NCBI GenBank assembly: GCA_976226885.1
Contig: OZ320321.1
Location: 46,500,001 to 46,533,000, forward strand
Source of the DNA: Iphione sp. A-MEVVRFRX5
Lineage: Eukaryota
Length of the DNA: 33,000 bases
Direction: 5' to 3'
Shown: one piece after another, positions 1 to 12,423 of the stretch
How the letters are laid out: the number at the start of each line of letters is the position of its first letter
How positions within the stretch are numbered: the stretch's first letter is position 1
The notes under the pieces: generated by a model
Told to the model about the DNA's origin: nothing
Seen by the model: the letters and a program-made list of their open reading frames with translations, nothing else
The model's database searches: none
Made by a program: the position numbers and the translations under genes

Positions 1-151
1 AATGGGAGAAGCTGGAGGAGGCAGATTTGTTCATGACTTGCAGGCAGGTCTGTTCCCAAACAAAAAAAATTATCAACATAATTATTACAAGCATTACTGC
101 AGCTGAGGCGGCGGTGATTTTCTCGGGTGCCATGTCGTACCAGAGTGTCAT
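1..151 (-). CDS. Probable first coding exon of a type II membrane (signal-anchor) protein, running off the window start
   Basis: Reverse-strand frame from ATG 151 (or ATG 133) reads MTLWYDMAPEKITAASAAVMLVIIMLIIFFVWEQTCLQVMNKSASSSFSH with no stop before base 1. A ~21-aa hydrophobic segment follows a short N-terminus, and an acceptor-like ...gtacatatcag lies just upstream. Absent from the ORF track, probably because its stop lies outside the window. Confidence 0.45.
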   Translation of the reverse strand, partial: MTLWYDMAPEKITAASAAVMLVIIMLIIFFVWEQTCLQVMNKSASSSFSH

Positions 152-2245
152 TCCAATACTGATATGTACATACAATTTACATACGCAAAACTGTAGGCAT
201 ACTTCTGCTGACGAAGGAGACACGTTCATTGAGTTCACTGCTCGTGAAGAAGTTTGTTATTGGAGATAAATTATTCAAACATGATGGGGAGGTTTCATTC
301 TTAGAGGATTTTTCTAATTTAGGTACATCCATCGTGTTTAGTGTAGGTTTATGATGAAACATACTTGTTCAAGAATGTAAACCAACAAAGGTCGTTCCTG
401 ACACGACAGAGTGCACATGTTTTACAAAGAAGATAACATAGAGGTTAAGGGTTACGATTAACTCTAGCTAAATGATAAGTATTTCCTGTAATCCCTGTTT
501 AGTAGAGTAGGTATAATTGCATTTCATCCCGAATAGGTTCTTAACCATGCAGTTTGTCACGAAGCATTTTATTGGCAGTACGTGGGTAGAATATCGAATG
601 TATAGGTCATATACTACCTTGATTTAACACAAAAGACGTTTATCAAGACAGGTCATAAGGTACACTGAGTTGAACGCATCAAACGAGTAACTCACAAGAA
701 GCCACTATTTCGAGTATTAATCGACCTAGTGTTTGTCCTAGTCTGTTTTCTATTTCCATCATTTGCCAATGTGAGCCCTGTTTGGACAAGCGACATGGCA
801 CACTGTCACTAACAGTATTCCAAAGCCCAATATAGACCTTCCAAAGAACTGACCATAGAATTTAACCCCGTACATATTTTACTTAAGATGTACACGTACA
901 TGTATGTACACTGTACTCTACGATAACAAGGTTTCTTTTATCTAACGTATTTGTTACCTCTTGTCTTCCTCATTTACGTGTAATTTGGTTTTAATGCGGC
1001 CAAATTAGGCATTGCGTCCCACCCAACGTCGCTTGTCTTTCGTGTTTCTATCATGTCTAAACTGTCCGCCTTCTGGAGAAGGGATGGGAGAGGGGACTTC
1101 ACCCATTCTCTTCCTCCTCCTCCAGCAACCAGAGTACATGTCACGTTAGATTGTTTCATTGCACGCTCCCCTTAACAGGAGCACCTATTGAGAATGCGTG
1201 ATAGCGCCAAATCAGGGAAGCTAGTCTATAATGGGGAATGAGTAGACATTGCGTGTTATAAAACAGGAAAAGGGTAAGATAAAAACAAAATACTTTCAAC
1301 ATATATGTACACTGTGTGTAATTGTTTTAAATTTTCACACAGGTCCGCCCTCCTCTGTTCTGTGTGCCAGCTCTCTATGTACAACACACTTTAGATAGGT
1401 TAATGAATGAGGAAATATATACACTTTTTGTACAATTCTCAAGTACAGAAACAATCATAAATCCTCCGTCTCAAGAGACCAACCCATGAGATCAGATTTG
1501 CGAACCAACAAATCTTACTCCCATTAAATGATAAGCAGAATCTTCCAGGGAGACACGCCAGGGAAAAATCAGTTCTCGTTAAAAATACTCTAAGTTAGAT
1601 AATGGGTAGGCTGTACATCATTGAATCGACTACAGGATCCAGCCCCAACACTTTTCCAATTGTTCCAGTGACTCAAAGCCTCTGTAATCCACATTTATGA
1701 ATATACAATATAATATACATGTGCATTTATTTCGTTGGTATTTTAGATATCGATTCAAATCGTCAGAATAGCCCCCCCAGGTCCTACTGTCCTAGAGGCC
1801 CATGGATTATTTCCCCATGAAGATTGTTATGTTCGCCAAACCATGGTATGACGCCATATGACTTTAAATTAGTTTTTACGACTCTAATTGAAAATGCACA
1901 GTGTTTCTAAGTGAATAAAACAAACGTGTCATTGTACATAGAGGAAGTACAACCGATTATTACATTGTTGTGGATTCCTGGTCTTACCGGAAATAATATC
2001 TTAGGCATAGATAATGATTGTTTTTGTTGGGAAAATTTGCAGAAAATTATCTTTTTTTATAAAAAAAAGATAAACATTGACGCGAGATCCTTGAACGCTT
2101 TGTACAGGATTCATACCTAAGAACATGAAACATATAGAAAGTACGTTGTGATCAATTTGCTCTAGATAGAATAGGTAATAACGAAATTCTACTTTTGACT
2201 GCAGCAGCACCTGGGGATGGCTAGGTACCTTGTAGTTACTACAGA

Positions 2246-2386
2246 ACAAAGAATGTTTACCTGGACGTTTGGAGTGTAAGGCAGACCTACTAGTGGCTAG
2301 GCCGATTTTTAGATAACAGTTAGTGTAGCATTAAACTGGAGAGTTGCATACTTCCTGGGGTAATGGCAGTCGGTATGTATACATAA
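2246..2386 (+). repeat. Dispersed repeat fragment, copy 1 (inverted relative to 23906-24046)
   Basis: The 43-nt core aaggcagacctactagtggctaggccgatttttagataacagt (2278-2320) matches the reverse complement of the copy in intron 1 with 2 mismatches; similarity extends ~140 bp. Confidence 0.85.
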
Positions 2387-2459
2387 CTGAATTGCAACAA
2401 TTAAAACTGAGGCTAGGTATGACATTGATACTAGAATAATCTCAAAATGAATAGAAATA

Positions 2460-3573
2460 CAGACTTTGCTTGAGAAATATCCTTTCAGGATGCCCTATAT
2501 GCAGAACCTCTAAATGTGTTAGGCGAGATCTCAGGGGGTATATTGTATCAGAATGGCAGTGGCGCAGGGAGGGCTTGGTGGGGTTGAGGAGTACTCATCA
2601 AAAGGTAGCAGTTGGAGAATGCAATCTCATAACCCTCATACTCGTATGTCTGGCACAGCCTATTCTTTGAAACTGCCAATAATGTCAGTCGCCTCACTGG
2701 CATCGGTAAAACCCTTGTCAGTTTCTCGAGGCTAAGCGATCTGGGGTCCCTCAACTATAATAATATGTCAAATATTCTGCACGAAAAAGAAGATTAAGAG
2801 GCCCGCAAATTAACTTGGCCAAGGTTGACACGGGCTTTTGTGGTTTCTCATAATCTTCTACGGGTTTTGCTATAGAAATGTTGCAGTTGTTCATATTTCT
2901 ACAGGACCCATTTTTTGACAGGATCATAAGCCTGACTTGGTAAACATAGGCCAAGCTATGGTTGTTCCTTCTCATCTTCCGTAGGTTCTGGAGCATCAGT
3001 CTCAGAGTCAAAAATTATAGTCTGATGTTATCGTAGTCATTCTCCTTTTGTTGCTACATCTGCATACTGCTCCGAGAATATTCTTCTCCTGTCTTCCCTG
3101 ACCGTATACCTCTCTGTGTGTGCTTGAGGTGGCATATGCCACACATCAGTGTCAAGGAGAATGGTAATGGCTTGATGTTGTTTGTCGTATTCTATTCTAC
3201 AATCCACAGCTGTATACTGTTCAGCAACCTCCTTTCATCACCTTCCTCCGATGGTATACCTCTTTATCCTTATAAGGTCAATGATGATGACCCGATGTTG
3301 TTCTCTTGCTGTACTCAGCGGCCGTTGTAAACTTCTGCAAGATGAAGTGTTTTTTTATGAAAGGAACTGAAGGCTCTCTGGTAGCCCTCGGGGCTGCCAT
3401 TGATGAGCTATGTACAGGAGTTCCTCTAGAGTAACATATCCTTTGGGGTTTGCCGTCGTGTTTGTGATGGTGGATGTAGATGGACGAGATCAAGTTTCTG
3501 TCAATCCCACTGAATTACACCAACATACTAGCTTCATGCCACGAAGTCGCTCTTGAGCAATTTTTGTATTCAT
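2460..3573 (-). pseudogene. Possible second decayed reading frame downstream of the 3515-4780 frame
   Basis: A single frame from ATG 3573 (MNTKIAQERLRGMK...) includes track ORF 2548..2754; ~13 hand-counted stops in ~370 codons, only mildly below random expectation. Confidence 0.3.
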
Positions 3574-4780
3574 GGTTTGGGAACAGCGCATTCATGAGAT
3601 AAGCTGTGCTGTTGCACACTAGGCTAGCTTAATCTTGCAGCGATAAAAATGTCAAGGTCTTGTAGGACTTCCAATAAAAAATACTTTTTGTTGTTCGTAC
3701 TTTTACCCTTGAAGCATAAATCAAGGATAACCATTTCCAATCTCTGATATTACCCCCTGATTGCAGATGTAGTTCACATAGCGGTCCATTTCAGCAAATC
3801 AAACCTTTGCTCGTATTATTTACGACGTAGATGGGGTATCCTTGGATATCCTCTGGCCGAAGACAGAGAAGTTTTAGAGGATTGTTCGGGTCACCCTTAC
3901 GTTTCGAAATTTCGTTAAGTTCTGATGTAACAACACTCAAACTAACGCATACATGGCTATTCCTTACAGTATGAAAGTCCTAAATGAAAGATGCCATCTG
4001 TGGGATGCTCCACTGGACATTAGGCGGTGAAATTACACTACCTCGGGTTCTGTTACTTGATACAAAGATATATCTAATTTAGCAGAATGTCATTCGGTGG
4101 GGGATAGGGGATATTGTTGTAGCTTCGATTGACACTGTGATGACAGCTACTAGTGATCATGCATCATAATTTCCAGAATGAATGATCTGTCTGCCACGAT
4201 TCTGCCTGCCACGGCTCTTGTCTTCTTTCTGTATTCCGTGTGGTGTGAGACAGAATGGCGTTCTGTCTTCCTATACTTTAAACTGGCTGTGGAAATACAT
4301 TGAAAAATCATTCTGGATTATCTTCAAAGGTCCCATGTTGACTGAGACGTGCTTCAATAGGAGCTTAATTAAAATTATGCATGTTGAAATAAATCATGGA
4401 ATTTGCAAACAATTTACATTGCCCAGCTGAACCAGGCTGTCTATAAAGCGGTGGAAATCCTCAATTGGGCCCAGCTTGGACGGAACATTGAAGGTATCTC
4501 CCTGAAGATGGCCTTCTCGGAGGCGTTTGTAAAATAAATTTAATGCGTATTTTGTTTGTGAAGATCGTTGTCTTGAGAATTCATAGAGTCTTTTTGTGGG
4601 CTTCTGCTGTAAACATATTATAGATTGCCGACAAAAAGGAAGCATTCAACACCAGAGTTTCAAACTTGCTATATATCCAGAATACGCCAGTTTTTCGTAC
4701 TGTCTTCCTCACATCACAAACTGGAATATGAACCAATAGAATTCAGCTGGCATCTGATCGTAACAAAGAGATTCACTTTA
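3515..4780 (-). pseudogene. Decayed intron-less coding frame of unknown family (possible endogenous viral or transposon gene)
   Basis: One frame from 4645 to 3515 (377 codons) has only 7 internal stops and no frameshift by hand translation, versus roughly 20 expected at this base composition. It includes track ORF 4394..4645 and appears to extend upstream (LCYDQMPAEFYWFIFQFVM*GRQYEKLAYSGYIASLKLWC*MLPF). Confidence 0.5.
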
Positions 4781-7700
4781 TAAGTACACTTAGAACATCC
4801 TAGAACAATCAAGACATCTGCTGCACATCAGAGTTAAGAACCAGCGGTAGAGTAGAACAATGTACATGTCTTATTAGGCAAAGTAAGGTGTAATTAAACA
4901 TTCCACTTACCTGTGTCCCGTGGAGAGAACACGAGTCCTGTGTTCGAAAGTAATGACCCCAAACCCACAAACATATTGTACGACACATCTGTTCCAAGAG
5001 AACTGCGTAGTTTCTTTTATATCACGTTATCCAACACTCATTCATATGTTTGATGAGTGTAGAATGATTGTAGTGTCGGGTTCCAATGCACTGCTGGGTT
5101 TTTCATCTCAGCTTCCTTCTTTCTCTCTATCCTTTGCTGTCCTTATATCCTAATTAGTAGACACAGTCGGATGTGTTGCAATATCTATCACTCAGCTGAT
5201 GCATCAGTACCTTCCACCGAATGTTTGCAGTGAGTCTCACATGTACCGACCATCATTAACAGTGTTGAATACATACGGCACAGCGTCTACATCATCTTTC
5301 AGTCTATGTTGCCGTGCGCTGTGCACTATATACGTCATCATTCCAAAGCTATGCCAGCTACGGAACCACTATGTTGTGGGAGAGTGAAATTTGTACAAAG
5401 TGTTTACATAGGTGCAAAACTGTAATGTATAATATATTGGTACACCGCAACCATAGAAAATTGATGAATAAGTCATAATCATAATCGTGCATGTCTAACT
5501 GGACTGGTCGTGAGTAGCTCACCCTTGATGAGGCTTCACTAAAAGACGCCTCTAATGCACTTGTACCAAGCGAGAAACATCGACCAATTTCGCTATCTAC
5601 ACTTTGACTCAAATAGAAGTCATACCTAACAAGCGTACATCATGTCTACCCCTCTATGACAAAGGCTTGGAGATGAAACATTCAACCCGTAGAGTATTCA
5701 TAAATGATTAGTACACAGTTGCATATCCTGCGTGATAGAATGAAGTACGATTGTGTCAAACTCACTGTAAATGAGAGAAAAAGGGACAAGATAACTAAGA
5801 CCTATACGGCTAACCTTCCATACTTAAATGGATTTCTTAGGTGGAGAGATGTAATTTTTCAGTAACCTTGGTCCATAACATACCATTAGAATAGTTTCAT
5901 CACACTGATCACAATCTCACTCATCGTAAAGTAGATAATCTGTCTGAAGGACCACATTTTCTGGTCTACTTTCTGCTAAATGTTAGTCGATTATGACTTC
6001 ATTTTCATGAATTCGTTTGAATCGACCTGTAAGTATTCAGATGATCACATGATATAAATGTATTATTAAATGAGAGTTACTTTATCTGTCCTTATCGGAA
6101 GCGATCGAGACTGCATGCATCCACATATTTATAGGAGCTAATACAGAAACTCTCAGGAACCGATTGGGAAACTCATATCTTGGTTCCACTGTTTTATGGT
6201 TTGGAATTGTCCTGCCCCTTTTCTGAGTGTACTGTCAACTGGTGCACGATCCATTTCTAACACGACTCTCAGCACCACGCGGCCCTTTCCTAGCTGTTTG
6301 TGAAATGCGTGACATTCTCTGACAGCTATATGTTCTGTCATACTCTTTGTATTCATTACGGTGCCAGAAACGTGACATGTGTAACTGTGATTTGACTGAG
6401 GTCACTCACATTATTCTTCTGAGAGATTGTCAGAAGGTATTTCCCAGCCGTACGATTTCTTTTGCACAATTGGAAATGTAAAACCTGTATCTGTGTAAGT
6501 CACCTAGAGGAATACTTACATGAGCCTTATTTTAATGTGTTTCTCTCCTTTCCGTAATGTTGAACGATGCTATCTACACCAATTATAAGGATATAGTTCG
6601 TATTTTTCAAACACCCCTTGTCACATAGGTGAATTCTGTTATCGCACCATCAAATATCGAACAAAGGCCTTGCATAGTGTCTCCCAAGTTACATCTACAC
6701 TACATTCAATCCTGATGTAATATGCATATCATTCTGCCTTCCTACCACCATCGATTAAGTCTCTTGCCGGTCTCTCTTCAATTAAACAATCTTACAGACG
6801 CTTTCGTACGTAAACAACCGTTCTCTTTCCCGATAAGTGTCGCGTAGTTAGAAGGCAATGCCACCAGTTAAGACTATCTTTTTAATGTACCTATAGACCC
6901 ATGTATGGATACGTCCATAGAGGTTCGAATTCACGTCCGCTCTCCGTTGTATTCTTTGTAGGCATTAATCTGCTGTAATGTTAATTTCACAGGATTCTTT
7001 AACAACGAAATTCACTGCGTACCTCATGGGAATTTTGTAAACACTAAGACTCTACAATATCTACAAGGAGTGCCATAGAGTAAATTATCCAAAAGCCGTA
7101 TCGTTAAATGCCTGAACATGCTGAGCGTGTGTAAAGAAGAATTCCAAACGATAATACCAAAGAAATCCAACTCATTACGACTTCTCGGTATGGTAGAATA
7201 AACAATCCCAGCCATCTCGTCTTGCACGAGCTTCGGTCTGAACCTCCTGCAAGGATAAAAATGGAGGACAACATAACGATTGGTAATGAAGATCAATGAA
7301 GAGAACTTTAATATTGTCGTTTAACCATTTCATGCTATGTTATCTTTTCATCATGACCCATTCGTACTCAACACATCCTTTTGGCTTATGGGAATGATTT
7401 TTCCCAAAGAATAGGTTCTTACTGTGTGTGGGAGGTTTATTTTCCTTGCCAGATAAAATGGATCTTAGAATCTTGTACATCTATTTAATCTCTTGCGACA
7501 TTTTTGTTGCTTCAGATCAACAAATACCATCTCAGTTTGTCTATATATTCTAGTTTTTACACTTATATCATAAAAGCAGTTTTTAGAGAAGTCTAGGGTT
7601 CTTCTATTTATTCGAGTTTTTTGTACTTACCTAATCATTAAGACAGGCTTTTTTTCTCGGGGTCAACAAGTAATATTGTAGGCTTTCGAATTATTCTAGT

Positions 7701-10700
7701 ATTTGTACTTATCAAAACACTAAGGTAGTTCTCTCAGCGATCAAAAGGTTTATAGTTTTTGCACACACTCTAGCTGTTTTTGCTTATCACCGTTTTACTT
7801 TTATCGTAGAGGCACACTTAAATCATACCTGTTATAGAAGCTAAGACGATAGGCATGAGTAGAAAAAAACAGTTACACGTAATTGCCAAAAGTGATAAGA
7901 CACATAAAGGTTATCTATTTGTTAACTATTTTCATCAGGGGATTCTCATTATTCATCCACAGAATTTCACTAACTGAGATGCCGTCCCAATAGCTGCCAC
8001 TCACTATGTGTAAACAAAAGTAGGCTCTTGCGATTATTAATATCTTTTACTGTTAGTTTTCATCAGAAGGAACTGTCCAGTTAATGGAGCTGCCCCTAGT
8101 AGTTATCTATTACTAACGGAGTAGACTAGGCTACCTTCATAGATATCATAAGCGCATCAAATCTTTCATTACCCTGGATCATAATGTAACCACTTCAGTA
8201 CAACATAATTTTATCCTTTTAAGACCCCCATTGGCAGCATTACCAGCCCCAGATTCTCACATAGTAAGAAAAGTACACTGGAATTAGTTTCTGCTTAGGT
8301 ACCACTCTGGTTATGAACTTGGATTTTAAAACATTGAAACTCTCTAGGCCGGTCCCTCTAATTAGCATATATCATTTATCACAGTCGGTACCATTTTATG
8401 CCATCACATCATCACCAGGTCTTCTTTATATATTGCCATTGATAAGAAACTTTGCTACTTGTCATACTTGCAATCATTTCGCCTTCACTCGGTTAAACCA
8501 CCCTTTCAAGGAGATATAATTAAACAAGATAAAATCAAATCTAAACATAAAATACAAACCCTATTTTATAAACAATAATCATAACTATAATATCTCAAAG
8601 GCTCCTATTAGATCATTGTTTTCAAATAGAGTTTCAGAAAAAGTATGTTAGTCACTAAAACTCTATTGCTGTAGTGTGCTTCATACATACTCCTGTAAGC
8701 TCTACATGATTTTGAAAATAATAATCATACATTGCAGTTAACATGTACTCACCTAAACCTTCCTTGAATCATCAGTATCCTATGATTGCAATACATGTTT
8801 ATACCGTATATGTTATACATGTTATCTTAGGATTGGATAAAGAGAGATCCATACTATATATTAATGTGTTCTTTATGTCATAAGCTTCCATCTAATATAT
8901 ATTTTATTAAAAATTCGAGTAGAAGTTTGCAAATACTATCCTCAACAAAAGCTTGGTAACATTGTCCTGGGAGAATTTGTTGGCGAAAGAAATACAAGCA
9001 CCAACCGACCCACCCTTCTTTTTTTACTATGTTATCGGAAAAGCAGACTTTTTAGGCCTTATGTACCTTATTGTGTGTTATTGTTAATAAAAAGGTTGTC
9101 ATTTAAACTCCATCCCTGTCTTCCACATTGTTTTTCTAAATGTATATAAATATGCATGTATATATGTGTCTGATGCCTTGCTGGATTCACTAGAACGCTA
9201 AGAATATACATTGCCTAATAGATACTTATCTAAGTTTATCTATTCTTTTGAATACTATTTAATCACCATACCTTATATGTAGTCCTCTTTGTCCCTTAGA
9301 TCTTCTTCAGGTGCCCTACCAAAAATACTTCTAAGCCCCTTTTTTATATTCCTCAGGATTCTATAAGTGATACTCCTTGAAGGCCCTCTGATACTAACTT
9401 TTTCATTATTCAAGATAATTAAACGAATATATCGGCCTTATTATGCACTCTTCCAAGCCCATTATGTAACCAATAAAAACCCTCTACTGTGTTCTAGTCA
9501 CAAGGTACTGTAAACCCCGTGTTTATTTATTAGAATCCTAATAAATAGAATCGCATATTATGTACTCCTCTCAACCTTTTAGTTGCTCTTTAAACTCTTA
9601 TGAATATGCCCTAGTGAATGCATACTGAGCCCCAGCTGCATTCATTGACCTATATAACGGTATACTAACTATGATATACTGGTTTGAGACATTCTCAGAT
9701 AATTAAAATCATTTGATTGTGCTCTACTTAATGCATCCTTTTGAAGTCATTACAATTTGCAGGCGACACCAGTAATAGCCTAGCACTCCTTAGTCATTTC
9801 CTATAAATACGTGAGAAACAAAAATCTGTATTTTTATATAATTTTATAAGAAACACGCACTTTTTCCCGAATCCTGTTCACTTTTGTACAGTTGGGTGAT
9901 TATGATCTTCGTGAAACGGAGATATTATGTCGGGAAAACCTATTTGAGAGATGCGTTGCGATGGCACCGACTAACCCCCACTGCGTGCCTCAGGTGTACG
10001 TCACGAAATGTGGTTACAAGAACCAACAAACCTCAAGGGTCGTTTCAGCAAGGAGGGGCCGACCATTCACCAATAATCATAGGGGCCTTTATACAGATTT
10101 TTTTCGATAAGATCACAACTAGGAAAAGAACGTTTGTAACAAGGCATTTATATGTATTTAAAGATAGGTGAAAAAAGTGTGAAAGCCAATAACCTTGCAA
10201 CAACCCTCCCCCCTAAGTTTTCACTGACCGCGCCGAGTTTATGTGTCTATAATTTCAGGCGACGTCTTTTTTTGTTGGCTCTGATTTGTCAGAGGTCATT
10301 GCTTTTTGACACTGCGGCAAAAAAGAAATCCTGTTTGAATTCCAGTGTTAGTCATTTCTTTCACAAGATTTGTGACTGGAGGCTCAAGACATAACGAACA
10401 AAATTATTTTATAGATTGTTGTTGCTAAATATGGCTATGAAAGGATTGCTACCAAGCCATCCATATACATTGATCCAGATACAGTAGGCAAACATTTTAA
10501 CGTAAATACGATAGACAACAAATTTCAATGACATGCGCAAGTGATATTGAATTAAATACTAGTGTCTTAAGTCGCCAGCCTTTTCGAGTAGAGGGACAGC
10601 TAGGTAGATGTACAAGAAACCAGTCTTCTTATAAATGTATTCTTTCTTTAACGGGGGGGGAATATTTCTCAGAAGCATTGAGGAAACTGTTGGTAGTATA

Positions 10701-10837
10701 ATTTCAGGTGAAGCCGTTTCTATTAAGTTGTGTACTCAGGCCCGTAGCCAAGGGGGTATCGGGGTATTGTCCGATACCCCCCAGAGAAGCCAGGAATTCC
10801 ACCTCTCTAGGCCTATAAAGCAAAGGGTGTATGGCGA

Positions 10838-10975
10838 GAAAGAGGGAGGGAGAGAGAGGGAGAGAGAGGAGAGGAGAGAGAGAGAGGGTGAGAGATTGAG
10901 AGGGAGAGAGAAAGAGAAGATGAGAGAAAGGGAGAGAGAGAGGGGAGAGAGAGAGAAAGAGAGAGAGGGGAAAGA
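10838..10975. repeat. Degenerate (GA)n/polypurine microsatellite inside the MITE
   Basis: Almost exclusively G/A tract; produces the spurious RERE and SLSL ORFs in the track. Confidence 0.9.
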
Positions 10976-10977
10976 AG

Positions 10978-11050
10978 ACCTCTCTAACCAGAAGTTCCAC
11001 CTCTCTAACCAAGAGTTCCACCTCTCTTGCTAAGAGTTCCACTTCTCTAA
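10978..11050 (+). repeat. 21-bp tandem repeat, ~3.5 copies
   Basis: acctctctaaccagaagttcc / acctctctaaccaagagttcc / acctctcttgctaagagttcc / acttctctaa; a further ttccacctctcta copy lies near 10797. Confidence 0.9.
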
Positions 11051-11335
11051 TTTAAGATACCCCCACAAGACTTCCTGGCTATGGCCTGTGTACTAAAAGA
11101 CAGCAAATGTAATTAATCTACAGTCCTTCTCTATGGGTGTTATTATGGTCTAAGCAAAAAAAGGCAAACGAGTACATTTAAAGGAAGGTACTTCATATAT
11201 AAAAACGACGAGAGTAAAGACACACACTGCCATAAATACACTGATATACTGAAAAAGTGTAATCCTTTTTATAATAAGTTCATAAGGCGGACTCATGCTT
11301 GCACAAGTTAAATAGTGGAGACTTAAGAGTAGTCA

Positions 11336-11388
11336 TGTGTCTGTTCGTGTGTCTGTTTGTGTGTGTGTGTGTGTATGTGTGTGTGTGT
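11336..11388. repeat. (TG)n microsatellite
   Basis: tgtgtctgttcgtgtgtctgtttgtgtgtgtgtgtgtgtatgtgtgtgtgtgt. Confidence 0.9.
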
Positions 11389-12235
11389 TCGTGGTTGGCT
11401 TGCAACAAACGGTGACGGTGTTCTCCTCGAGATGTTATCTCGATCTGCAAACGGCGAGTCGAAATTTTATCAAACCCGCTGCGATAGTTTGATATATCGC
11501 CACGTAAGCATACAGGGAAAAGACGTCATGGGTCCGTCAAAAGGTGTGCGGCTTTGTCTCCTCGTGACTCCACTCCGCATGAGGGCAAGAGGACGACACA
11601 TTTACCCCAAAGAGGAAGACGGACACAAAGACAGTATGGCATCGAAGTAAAGCATGACGCACTCCACACATCGCTCTGTCTACGACATGTAACATTACGC
11701 ATGCTCGTTGACAGGATGACCCGGTATAGAACAATCCCCCTTCCGGTCCATATAGCTCATCACCCACCCTATGTTGACAACTCGATCTCAGCAGCACTGG
11801 GGTGTGTGGAATGACCTACATACTCACACTTCAAACTTAAGGTAAACGTAAGGTAACGTAGCTGCAGGGTCTCCCGTAACGCACGCCCTGTCAAAGGCGA
11901 CCTTGAGGGAACGAAAAGTTCTCAGTAAAAGATTGTTCGATGGTAATTTCCCTACCCATTGTGTGTATGCGTGTGCGTGTGTTTCTGAAAATACTTTCTT
12001 GAGCTTTGTGACAAAACATACCTCTAAAGAAACATACCCTTCACAAAATTGTTCCTACCGTGACGAAATGTGCTTCCACCACAAAAAATGACTGAATAGC
12101 TAGATAATGACCTTATAGTTACATAATTTCACGTAGATTATATCAAAAATTCCTCATATTACAAGCCTACTAATCTCAGGCATATATAATCTATAAATGT
12201 GCTGATCAGTGTACCTGTATGAATTTCCCTGACTT

Positions 12236-12423
12236 AAATATACATGCATACATCTACATATCCATGCGTGAACATGCATACATGCACATATATAGATACA
12301 TATTTACATGTACATACATTTATGTATGTATACATAAAAACATAGCTACGTGCATACATACATCCATACATACCTATATATATGCATGAATGCATGCTTG
12401 CATGCATACATACATGTATATAC
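12236..12423. repeat. Degenerate TACA/CATG/TATA low-complexity repeat
   Basis: Continuous tacatgcatacat-type alternating purine-pyrimidine tract; source of spurious ORF 12234..12428. Confidence 0.85.

Larger units (their letters stand above)
10737..11088. mobile_element. Non-autonomous TIR DNA transposon (MITE), CAGG...CCTG ends, hAT-like
   Basis: Left end CAGGCCCGTAGCCAAG; right end reverse-complemented CAGGCCATAGCCAGG. Flanking direct repeat TGTACT at 10731-10736 and 11089-11094. Subterminal GGGGGTATC/GATACCCCC motifs; internal GA microsatellite and 21-bp tandem repeat. Confidence 0.8.

Noticed and set aside
2047-2073. T7/A8 palindrome ttatctttttttataaaaaaaagataa
   Set aside because: Low-complexity homopolymer symmetry.
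6915-6940. GGTTCGAATTC B-box-like motif
   Set aside because: No T-stem complementarity, A-box or cloverleaf; not a tRNA or tRNA-SINE head.
10635-11042. ORFs 10635..11033 (+) and 10704..11042 (-)
   Set aside because: Translations of the GA microsatellite and 21-bp repeats inside the MITE.
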